Positions 53,123 to 64,000 of a stretch of DNA of 64,000 nucleotides are shown piece after piece. Under the pieces are notes generated by a model, which saw only the letters and a program-made list of their open reading frames with translations, was not told where the DNA came from and did not search any database. Position 1 is the stretch's first letter. Each line of letters starts with the position of its first letter. Source of the DNA: Octopus sinensis (lineage: Eukaryota); NCBI RefSeq assembly GCF_006345805.1, contig NC_043007.1:23188001-23252000 (forward strand), written 5' to 3'. The position numbers were made by a program, and so were the translations under genes.

Positions 53123-53874
53123 CTATGAGATGATAACACTTCATTAAACTGAGTGACACCAAGCAAGGCTGTTAGATGTTACACGGTATGTAGTATTGTT
53201 AAAGCTGATAACGGAAATATGAGGAAACTAGAGGGTTGTTTGAGATATACCGAGTCAGGTTGTTTGAGATATACCGAGTCAGTTCAGTAAAAATAGGAAA
53301 ATAAATAAATAAATAAATATATAATAAAAGTGACTTTGAATCGATGTGTTTTGCGTTGAAGAATAATCGATGCATCGTGTTGGTGTCATATTCTACAAGT
53401 GTTTGTTTATGCCTTGAGTTATAAGAGACGGTTCGTGTACTTTTGCGGTAGTGAGTTCAGTACAAAAGACTTTGTATCTCATGATCATTCTCTCTCATTC
53501 ATTCTCTTTCTCTCTCTCTCTCTTTTTCTTTTTCTCTCGCGCTCTCTTCCGTTCCCCCGCTCTCTCGCTCTCTCTATCTATCTGTCTCTACACACACATA
53601 TACCTACATACGTACGCATATATATAAATACATTGGCACATGCACAAAGCACACACATATACACAACACACACACATATATATATGTATGTGTATATATA
53701 TATATGTACACACACACATATATATGTATATATGTATGTATATATATGTATATGTATATATATATTTATATATACATATATTTATATATACATATATTGG
53801 AAACAATTCAAACTTTGTACGAGTCCATAATTCGTAGAATTCAAGCTGCATATATATATATATCCGTACATATA

Positions 53875-55140
53875 CAGGGGTTGGACAAAACAATGAAAAC
53901 ACCTTAATTTCAAACAAATTTATTTTAATATTGGACAGGATCACCTTTGGCAGTAAATGCATCTTGAATTCTACGAATTATGGACTCGTGCAAAGTTTGA
54001 ATTGTTTCCAAAGGAATTTTTGTCCATTCTTCAGCTAAAACAGTCTCCAGTTCTTGTAGTGATGATGGTGGAGGATATCGACTCCTTACTTGTTTTTCTA
54101 AAATACACCATAAATGTTCAATAATATTGAGATCTGGGGACTGTGGTGGCCAGATAAGATGTTCAACTTCACTAGAATGTTCCTCGTGCCATTCAGTAAC
54201 AACTTTAGCTGTGTGAATTGGTGCATTATCATACTGAAAGATTGCGTTTCCCTCCTGAAATAGTTCCGCAACCATAGGATGAATTTCATCAGATATAATG
54301 CTTAAATAGTCTTGACTATTAATTCTGCCATGAAGGGAAACCATTGGGCCGTGGGATTTCCAAGAAATAGCCCCTAGATCATCACAGATCCTCCTCCATG
54401 TTTAACAGTTGGAATGAAGCAGTTTGAGTCAAATGCTTCTTTTGGCTGTCTCCACACGTATACTCGGCCGGTGGTTGGAAATAAGGTAAATGATGACTCA
54501 TCCAAGAAAATAACATTCTTCCACTGCTCTAGGGACCAATTCTATAAGATTTTACTCCACTCTAAAGGCTTTGCAACGTTTGTTTTTGAAAATAGTGGTT
54601 TTCTGATTGCAACCCTCCCCTGAAATCTGGCTTTGTGCAGCTCCTGGCGAGCGGTTTTTGTAGAAACTGGGTTCTCGAGGTGGTCATTAAGCTCTGCAGT
54701 AATTTTGGGACCTGTACTTTTGTGATCCTTTCTAATAATTCGTGTAAAAGTCCGAGGGTCCCTATCAAAAAGTTTTGGTTTCTTCCGGAGTTTTGTTTTG
54801 ACGAGTTTTTCCCCTCTTTCTCAAAGGCTGTCATTATTTTCGAGACAGTACTTCTTGAAACGCCAAACATTTCAGCTGTTTTCGTTACTCTAGCGCGTGC
54901 CATACGAGCACCAGCAATTCGACCTCTTTGAAAGTCCGATAGATCTGTCATTTTAATGAATTTTAATTACCTTTTTCTGATGATATCTGAAAACAAACAG
55001 AAATTTTGGCAAAACATATTAAGCAATAATTATAATAAATGAAAAAGCATAAAAATAAACAAGCTTTTAATGGTCTTGTAGATATTTCAAAATTATGATG
55101 CTATGATGCTAGGTGTCTCCACTATTTTGTCCAACCTCTG
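53875..55140 (-). mobile_element. Tc1/mariner-superfamily DNA transposon, 1266 bp, DD36E, disabled
   Basis: Imperfect ~30 bp TIRs (CAGGGGTTGGACAAAACAATGAAAACACCT / CAGAGGTTGGACAAAATAGTGGAGACACCT) with TA flanks. The transposase has an N-terminal HTH (MTDLSDFQRGRI..GVSRSTVSKI), IFLDES, YDNAPIH and WPPQSPDLNIIEHLW. Confidence 0.9.
53925..54951 (-). pseudogene. Frameshifted Tc1-type transposase
   Basis: Split across ORFs 54562-54951 and 53925-54344. There is a stop plus a 1-nt loss at the GGGSVMIWG motif (~54372-54377) and a further frameshift near 54780. Confidence 0.9.
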
Positions 55141-55195
55141 TATATGCAAGCAAGTGGTTCTATATATTACACACCACACACCACACACCACACAC

Positions 55196-55290
<95 letters not shown>

Positions 55291-55534
55291 ATATTTGTTC
55301 CCGTATAACATTTTAGTGTTGTTGCCACCGCCGGATTGAATGGTACTGCTCAGGTGTCGAAACCATAATGATATCCATGGGGGAAGCTGATGATGGAGAT
55401 GTGTTGGATTGTTGGTATGGCTGTTATTGTATGTGCAGAATAGTTTTATAAGACATCCATTTGTTATGTATGTATGTATGTGTATGTATATATATATGTG
55501 TATACATACATACATACATACATACATACATACA

Positions 55535-55570
<36 letters not shown>

Positions 55571-55591
55571 TATATAATATATATATATATG

Positions 55592-55688
<97 letters not shown>

Positions 55689-55689
55689 T

Positions 55690-56075
55690 AAAGGGTGAAA
55701 TATAATTAATTTAGTAAAATCAATAAATTTCACCTAGTAGTATTTCGGTATGGAAAAGGACCATATTCGGTAAAACTTTATATAATTATAATAATAAGGG
55801 TTTTTTGCAACAAGTTGCTTAAACCACATACCGAAAATATTAGAAATAGCAGCCAAAGGACTACTATTTCTTTTACTACAAAAATGAATCTCCACAGACA
55901 ACAATATTTGTAACTCACACATGGCAAAAGAAGAATAAAAACAACGAAACCACAAAAATATTGTTGTCTGTGGAGACTTGTTTTTGTAGTAAAAGAAATA
56001 GTAGTCCTTTGGCTGCTATTTCTAATATTTTCAGTATGTGGTTTAAGCAACTTGTTGCCAAAAAACCCTTATCAT
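55690..56075. mobile_element. (TA)n-embedded fold-back element (~120 bp arms, ~47 nt spacer, unique left tail)
   Basis: Arms ~55793-55910 and ~55958-56075. Same family as 7867-8190, in opposite orientation. Confidence 0.8.
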
Positions 56076-56081
56076 ATATAT

Positions 56082-56128
<47 letters not shown>

Positions 56129-56131
<3 letters not shown>

Positions 56132-56263
56132 TTCGTAGTTCGTATTTTTCCCTCTCTCACCCAAACTGCCATCATATCTCATACATACATACAAACATAG
56201 ATACATACATACATACAAATACTTTATATATGTATCTGTGTGTATACATATATATATATATAT

Positions 56264-56333
<70 letters not shown>

Positions 56334-56448
56334 ACACACAGATACATATATAAAGTATTTGTATGTATGTATGTATCTATGTTTGTATGTATGTATGAGA
56401 TATGATGAGCAGTTTGGGTGAGAGTGGGAAAAAGACGAACTAGAACCT
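56129..56448. repeat. Fold-back with ~115 bp arms around a (TA)n loop
   Basis: GGTTCGTAGTTCGTATTTTTCCCTCTCTCACCCAAACTGC..GTATCTGTGTG is mirrored by CACACAGATAC..GCAGTTTGGGTGAGAGTGGGAAAAAGACGAACTAGAACC. Confidence 0.8.
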
Positions 56449-57334
56449 AAGAACGTAAACTGACGTTGAGAGAAAAGGAAGGATGGAGGAAGCTGGAGAG
56501 AGAAAACCGTAACAGAACGATAAACAGATAAACGGAGAGAAGTGAGGACGGTATTTTCTATTGATTGTTGAACATATTACAGTCACGTTTTAAAAGAAAA
56601 TTACAATTGTTGAGAAATGTCATCAACTGTTATGAATGCAATTTTCAACGGTAACCGTCACTTGTTTGGCCCGGTGTTATGATGATATTACGATGTCTCC
56701 AATGGTCTGGGTGTGATCTGGGATGGTAGGTATTGTGGAGCTAGTTATTAATCTTAATTTCATATTCCACCACTGTTGGAAAAAAAGAAAGAAGTTATTT
56801 CATGTCTTCTGGCAATTAAAAGGCATCAAAGTAGTTGTCATTGAAATTTCCATGAAACGTGTTGCTGTAATTGTCGTTGTGATGACAATGATGGTAGAAG
56901 GTGGAGCTGGTGTTGCAGATGAAATGAACTTTGCTGTAAAGTTCGTTAGCGTTGTTGTTCAAGCCCAGCTAATTAATACCTTATTAATCAGACCTGGTTG
57001 GGGGCGTTCCAGCCAAGACAATCCCGTCGTCTTTAAATTTTAAAAGCAAAATTTTAATTTGTGTTATGCAATGTATCTGTATGTTTTAAAGACGTCAGGG
57101 CGTGTTTTTCTGATTTGGCGAAGATTCTGGCTGCACTTACTAGCAATTTGGGTGACCACATGATGGTTCAATCAATGGTTCTCACGCCCTAAGCCTTCTC
57201 CTGGTAGAGCAAACCATTGATCTGTGACATTCCAGCTGTCACCATCCACTTACGTGTGTGTGTGTGTGTGTATGCTTGTGTGTGTATATACATGTGTGTG
57301 TATGTGTGTGTGTATGTATGTAGTTATATGCTAA

Positions 57335-57482
57335 GTGCTTTTTTCGGTTTCCGTCTTCCAAATCCACTCACGAGGCTTTGGTCAGCTCGAAGTTGTAGGG
57401 GAAGACACTTGCCCAAGGCGTCACGGAATGGGAATAAACCCGCAACAGTGTATTAGGAAAGAAAATTTCTTACTACACAGCC
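57335..57482 (-). mobile_element. Family B SINE, 5' fragment
   Basis: TTTCCGTCTTCCAAATCCACTCACGAGGCTTTGGTC..GAAGACACTTGCCCAAGG. Confidence 0.6.
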
Positions 57483-57601
57483 TATGATAATGATGATGAT
57501 GATATCGATATGCAAACAGGCAGACAAGCAGACACAGGGACAGACTGAGAGATAGATAGATAGCTGATAGATAGATAGGTAGATAGATATACAAATAGAA
57601 G

Positions 57602-57649
<48 letters not shown>

Positions 57650-57682
57650 ATATATATATATATATATAATAGATAGATAGAT

Positions 57683-57769
<87 letters not shown>

Positions 57770-57783
57770 TAGATAGATAGATG

Positions 57784-57851
<68 letters not shown>

Positions 57852-59291
57852 TATAGGCACGCTAGTATATGTATGCATGTATACAATACGCAGGAAGGAA
57901 ATTGGAAAGGAATTTCTTACAGTTGAATTAAACTCATCTCTTTCTCCCTTTCTCTTTGGAGTGTGCTGGGCGCACGCTTGTGATTAAGTGCCTACACATA
58001 TATTTATAAATACATCCAACATTGGCTGAATACATTACAATTATGAAATCTAATCATATATACATACATACACACACACATATACATACATACATACACA
58101 CTTACATACATACATACATACAAACACACACATACATACATACATACAGACACATAGATACATACATACACACACATACATACATGCATACACACACAAC
58201 ATACATACATACATACACACATACATACATACATAATACACACATACACACATACATCATACATACATACATACATACATACACACACATACATACATAC
58301 ACATACATACATACATACATACATACACACATACATACACACATACATACATACACACACACATACATACATACATACATACACACATACATACACACAT
58401 ACATACATACATACATACATACATACATACACACACATGCATACATACATACATAAATACATACATACACACACACATATATACATACATACATACATAC
58501 ACATACATACATACATACATACATACATACACACACATACACACACACATACATACATACATACATACATACATACATACGTGCGTACGAACGTACATAT
58601 ATACAATTAGAACACATCCATACGTATATAGATATCCAAACATCATATATGCACATAATATTCCTGCTGGCATTCGTAAAACTAATAACTAGTATATAGA
58701 TATGTGCACGCGCGTGTGTTTGTATGTATGTATGTATATATGTTTGTATGTATATTCGTTCACACATATAAGAAGGCGTATAGACAAGTTCGCTTCTATT
58801 TCGGATTCCTGTATCACTCATACATAGACTCACACATATTTCTCTTGAAAGACTTTTAATGTTTCGTGATCAAATTTACTAGAACATAACTAAGTTACGC
58901 ATGCAGCTTAGCAATAAACACATCTTAACAACATCAACAACAACAACAACAACCGTACTTTCTTAATGACTGCTGCAGCTGCTGCTGCTAGCGTCGCAAT
59001 ATACAATTACACAATCAGTATTCGGTACAAACCACGTGATGCTATCATCATGTAGTATCGCCATCCGTACTTCTTAATCCTCCATTACTGCTACTATAAT
59101 ATGTCCCTTCTCCAATGGGGAACCACTACATGGTTGCCTGACCAGTTAAATAGCAGCCAAATCTCATTCAAAGTAGACCCTACTGTTGTAAATAAGGAAG
59201 GACACATTTGAAAATGTTGTCCCTCAAATAAACACACACACACACACACACACACACAACACACACACACACACACATATATATTTATATA

Positions 59292-59455
59292 TACTGGTCT
59301 CTATTGTCGGAAGTGAACTGACACATCCAGTTTGCTGTTGCTTACCGGCTTTACAGCGAATCCAACTAAGGGACATAACAGCTAATCCCCTGCCCTTTTT
59401 CGTTTCACCGGCTGCAGCGGATGTGTCAATTCACCCCCGACAAAAGAGAACAGTC
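59292..59455. mobile_element. Small MITE with ~35 bp TIRs
   Basis: ACTGGTCTCTATTGTCGGAAGTGAACTGACACATCC is mirrored by GGATGTGTCAATTCACCCCCGACAAAAGAGAACAGT. Confidence 0.6.
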
Positions 59456-60129
59456 ACAATACATACACACACACATATACATACGTTTATATATGTATGT
59501 ATAATGGAAACGAGTATTAACATGTGACAGGCTTGAAAATTGTAAAGTGATCCTCCATACATGAAACCATTAGTAGCCTTGTTAACCCACAAATAAGAAA
59601 TATTTATTTGCCAATACGGTGTTGAGCACTTACTCTCACTTAAATATTATCAGGAATTTTATTAAAAATTACTAAAATATTTTGTGCATTGTGGAAGTGT
59701 GAGCAATTTATTTCACAAATTTCAACTGCAAAATTTTATATGGACGTCCAAGGGCCGTATTGACCTCGGTTAATAACTACTGCTCTAAATGATGGAACAA
59801 AAATTGCTGATAATGATCGCGTTAAATAATGATTGCATTAGATGTGCGATCTTTCATAGGTCTGTTAAGGCCAAAAATATTCTAGGTTAATTTCGAAGGG
59901 CCCAGCTGGCAGAAACTGCACGAAATGAAAGTGATCAGAAATGTGGGAGTTTCGATACTAGCTAGTTGCAGAACTTTTTTCAATGGGATGCCCTTATTTG
60001 CATTTATTTCTGGTTGGTTTGTGTACCAAATTTATAACCTGTATGGCTTTTCCCAAATTCTGTTAGTGTGTGTGTGTGGCATTTTGCATTACTGTACCAC
60101 GAATCAACGAAACCATAAACGTAATCAAA

Positions 60130-60358
60130 GAGAATAAGACATAGATGGGCTGGCTACATCGCGCAACTGATGAACAACAGACGGACAATCAGGATGATGG
60201 AATGGACACCAAGGCAATGAATATGATCAAGAGGCCGACCAATGACAAAATGGCGAGCGAGATGATCTCACCCGTTACCTGGATCTTGATGGCCACGATT
60301 GGCCAGAGACAGGCAGCGGTGGAAGGATTACAGGGAGGGCTTCCTCCTTCAGTCGTGA
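60130..60358 (+). mobile_element. 3' fragment of an RTE-like LINE (decayed RT C-terminus)
   Basis: One frame reads RWAGYIAQLMNNRRTIRMMEWTPRQ*I*SRGRPMTKW..W.RLARDRQRWKDYREGFLLQS*, matching the RWAGH..W.P...R.RGRP..RW motif of RTE-type LINE ends. Confidence 0.7.
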
Positions 60359-60371
60359 TGTATATACATAT

Positions 60372-60411
<40 letters not shown>

Positions 60412-60929
60412 GCCCACACACACACACACACACACACGCACACACACACACACACGCACAAACATACAGACTCACGGACAGACACACGCACGTAGAGGTA
60501 GACCGACGGACAGACAAAGAACTAGATAGTTGCGTAGGTGTGTGTATTTATGTGATGGAGGAGAGAGAGCTAGAAGCGAATAAGGGTGAAGACAAAAAGA
60601 ACAGAAAAAAAAGACAATATGTTTCTGACATGAAAGTCAAGGAAAACAATATATGAAAATAGCTAAAGAAATACAATATCTAATTATGTGGATAATTAGT
60701 TTATTGAAAACTGAACTATCGATTAAGACTTCATTATCCCATTATATCACCATGAGGATGTTTTGGTTATGGTATTATGTGCTGCTGTTAATGTTGATGC
60801 TGTTGTTGTTGTTGTTGTTTAATCCCAGGTCAGTCCTGATTAAAGACATTTCAGGTTTTCGTCTTTGCATATGTGCAGAGAAGCTAGACCATCAAACGTG
60901 TTCTTTCCTTAGAGTGTAAGGAGTGGTTT

Positions 60930-61231
60930 GTGGAGGCAGATGGCCTAGTGGTTAGAGCAGCGAACTCGCGGTCGAGGGATCGTGGGTTCGAATCTCAGAC
61001 CTGGTGATGTGTGTATTTATGAGTGAAACACCTAAGCTCCACGCGGCTCCGGCAGAAGATAATGGCGAACTTCTGCTGACTCTTTCGCCTCAACTTTCTC
61101 TCACTCTTTCCTCTTGCATCTTGCAGCTCACCGGCGACGGACCGGCGTCCCGTCCAGGTGGAGAACATATACGCCAAGAAAACCGGGAAACCGGCCCTAA
61201 TGAGCCAAGCGTGGCTCGAGAAGGAACAAAC
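60930..61231 (+). mobile_element. Chimeric SINE head C + tail 4 with 12-bp TSD
   Basis: C head and core followed by ..CCGGGAAACCGGCCCTAATGAGCC tail. AAGGAGTGGTTT occurs at 60918-60929 and 61232-61243. Confidence 0.85.
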
Positions 61232-61515
61232 AAGGAGTGGTTTAGAGGAGATTTGGCTGCAATTTTAGGCAGTTCGAATGACCGCGTAGCGGTTTTTCCT
61301 TGTTATATTGGGCGAAATGCCGCTAAGCGTTCCGCCCGGAGACTTGGATGCTTCATGTAGTAGGTTTATCGACAACGTGGAGTAAGAGTTATGCTTTTAG
61401 TAGTCAGTGGGGAGTGCATGAAGGCCTATGAAAAATCACAAATGTATGGCTATGTACCTAAAGTTAATCACTGATTTAAGCAGACTTAAGTTCTTTTTTC
61501 ATACGGGCGTATATA

Positions 61516-62080
61516 TTGGGTTGTCCGGAAAGTTCGTGCCGATTTATAGTAGCTTACCTTTCGACTTATTTTAGAACATGGTTGAGTCCATAAAATAGGA
61601 TTTGACTACACCTCCATTTAGAACACAGTTTAAGCTATCTTTTCGTGGAAAAAGGTTTATGTTCCTATAACCTGTCTTAATTCTGTAACCCTTTAAAATG
61701 GAAGATAAGAAAGTTCATTTTCGGCACTTGATGCTTTGGGAACCAGATAGAAATTGCTGCAGCTTGGCTGGGATGTGTTACCCCACCGTCCATATTCACC
61801 AGATATTGCTCCTTCGGATTTCCACTTATTCAGGTCTCTGAAGAATAGTCTTAATGGTAAAAATTTCAATTCCTTGGATGACGTAAAGAGATACCTTGAT
61901 GAATTCTTTGCCATGAAACCACCTCAGTTCTGGGAAAAGGGTATTTTCAAGTTAAAGGAAAGATGGAGACGCATTGTGCAACAAAATGGTTCATATTTGG
62001 TTGATTAAAAATGTAATGGCAAGTATTTATTGACCTTTTTCTTTCTTTAAAAATCGGCACGAACTTTCCGGACAACCCAA
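61516..62080 (+). mobile_element. Internally deleted mariner element (565 bp)
   Basis: Perfect 30-bp TIRs TTGGGTTGTCCGGAAAGTTCGTGCCGATTT with TA flanks. The transposase start MEDKKVHFRHLMLWE (61698) is fused out of frame to the C-terminus LGWDVLPHRPYSPDIAPSDFHLFRSLKN..KLKERWRRIVQQNGSY. Confidence 0.92.
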
Positions 62081-63328
62081 TACTAAGCAGAGGTTTGTGC
62101 GTTCTGTGTTGAAAATTCCATCCAGACTACCATTATAGAGAAGTCATATCCAATTGAAGGAAGGTAATCGAACTTGCACAGCCTTACTCCTTATTGAATA
62201 CAAATAATCTAACGATACAAATTACTCAATGGACAATTTCAATGATGACGACGACGATGATGACAATAATGATGATGACAGTGATGATCATGACAATAAT
62301 GATGATGGTGGTGGTGGTGGTGGTGAGGAAGAGAAAAAGGAGTGGGTGGCGGCAGAGGCGATGAAAGCGGGGGGTGGAGGACGACGCGGACAACGATGAC
62401 ATCGATTATGGTGGTGGCGGTTGTGGTGGTGATGGTGGTAGTGATGATGAGGGGGAGGAAGAGGAGGAGGATATAGGATTCATCGCGAGCAGTATCAAAT
62501 TTACAAATGGTGGGGGTTAAGGTTTCCTCAGCCCTGACATAGAGGCACCTGCTATGACTGGCGGATGTGATTACAAAAGGTGATAAGTGAAGTGGACGCC
62601 AAAATAGCGTCATAAGTAATTGTTTTTGCTTCTTTACGTCTCATCCAGTAGAAATATGATCAGAGACATTCCAGTCGTGACTAATCCGTCTTTTTTATTT
62701 TTCTCGTCAGATAGAACAGCATTAGCCAACTTGTCCTGCCTTCTTCCCATGATTAAACAAAAATATGTTGTGATTTGACGAAAATTCGATTTCTCTTTCT
62801 AGTAGATCAGAGCATCCATATATAACTGTTGTTATTGTTGTTGTTTAACCCCAGGGCAATTGTGGTGTTGGTGGTGGTTGTGGTGATAACATCGGTGGTT
62901 TTGGTGGTGGTGATGGTGGTGGTGGTGGTGGTTTTGGTGGTGGTGTTCCAGTGATATCGTTGTTGGCAAGATGGTGGTAGTTGGTGTTGATGATAACAGT
63001 GACGTGTTATTCCTGACTATGTTAATAATGTGGAATATATAACGATAGCTCGGGAAGTTTTAATTATGTACCCCCACATTATATAATGATAATGTTGCCA
63101 TTAATGTTCTTTAGCACCAGGTCAGCCCTGATCAAATACACTCAATAATTAACAGATTACATTTCCAATGTGTACCTTCAATATGGCAGGGTATGGATTT
63201 GAGGGAGATTTTGCAGCTGACCGCATTTAAAAGAAATTTTTTTCAGTAGGTCGAACAAGCATGTAGCGCCTCCTTCATTGACTTGAAACGATGATGGTGA
63301 TGATGATATTCACGCCGATGACGACGAC

Positions 63329-63359
<31 letters not shown>

Positions 63360-64000
63360 GTGGTAGTGGTAGTGGTGGTAGTGGTGGTGATGACAGCGAC
63401 GACGACGACGATGACGATGATGATGATGATGATAGAAAAACGGGGCTGCTTTTATTGATGATAAAGAGCGATTATTGTAATTACATTTTACACCTCAGAT
63501 CTTAATTTGTGATGATCATACTACTGGCTGTGATGTTTTACTGATGGTGTTATTATTGGTGAAAGTGGTGGTGGTGGTGGTGGTGGTGGTGGTGGCGGCG
63601 GCGTCGGCGGCGGCGGTGATGGCGACAGTGATATTTGTAATACAGGTGGTATTGGTAGCGTAGGTTGCATGATGCTAATGAAGGTTGGTTGCTAATGAGG
63701 ACCATAATGCCGTTAATTATAACAATAGTGAGAAAGTTGGCAGAGTGGTAGAATTAGCAGGGAAGTGGACAATCGGTGGAATTGTATTTAAATATGTCCT
63801 TTTACGGTCTGGTCTGAGTCCAAATTCTGCTGGGATCGACTTTGCTTTTTATGCTTCCGTTGTGGTCAAAATAATTACCAGTCACGTACTAAAGGATTTT
63901 TAATCGCTTATAAGGTTTCCCTTTAAAATCTGAACTCGAATCATAAGGTTAGAAATCATTATAAATAATAGTAATGATAATGTTGATGTTGCTTAGATTT

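Overview
AT-rich, microsatellite-saturated animal genomic DNA with one 100-N gap (18147-18246). The SINE families and repeat landscape suggest an octopus or other coleoid cephalopod (inference). No complete host gene is visible. The ORF track is almost entirely simple-repeat artefact, and only one 66-nt candidate exon stands out. The window is dominated by mobile elements. These include several tRNA-headed SINE families, some young with 10-15 bp TSDs and with head/tail module swapping. Penelope-like retroelements (PLEs) are represented by a GIY-YIG 3' fragment and a decayed RT element bounded by ~370 bp inverted arms. There are also three non-autonomous Helitron-like elements, a disabled Tc1-type transposon with DD36E spacing, an internally deleted mariner, an RTE LINE 3' fragment and several MITEs. 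The most unusual signal is a set of short AT-rich elements embedded in (TA)n tracts that end in long fold-back hairpins. Several of these, and the PLE ends, contain type-I hammerhead ribozyme folds with variant or decayed cores.
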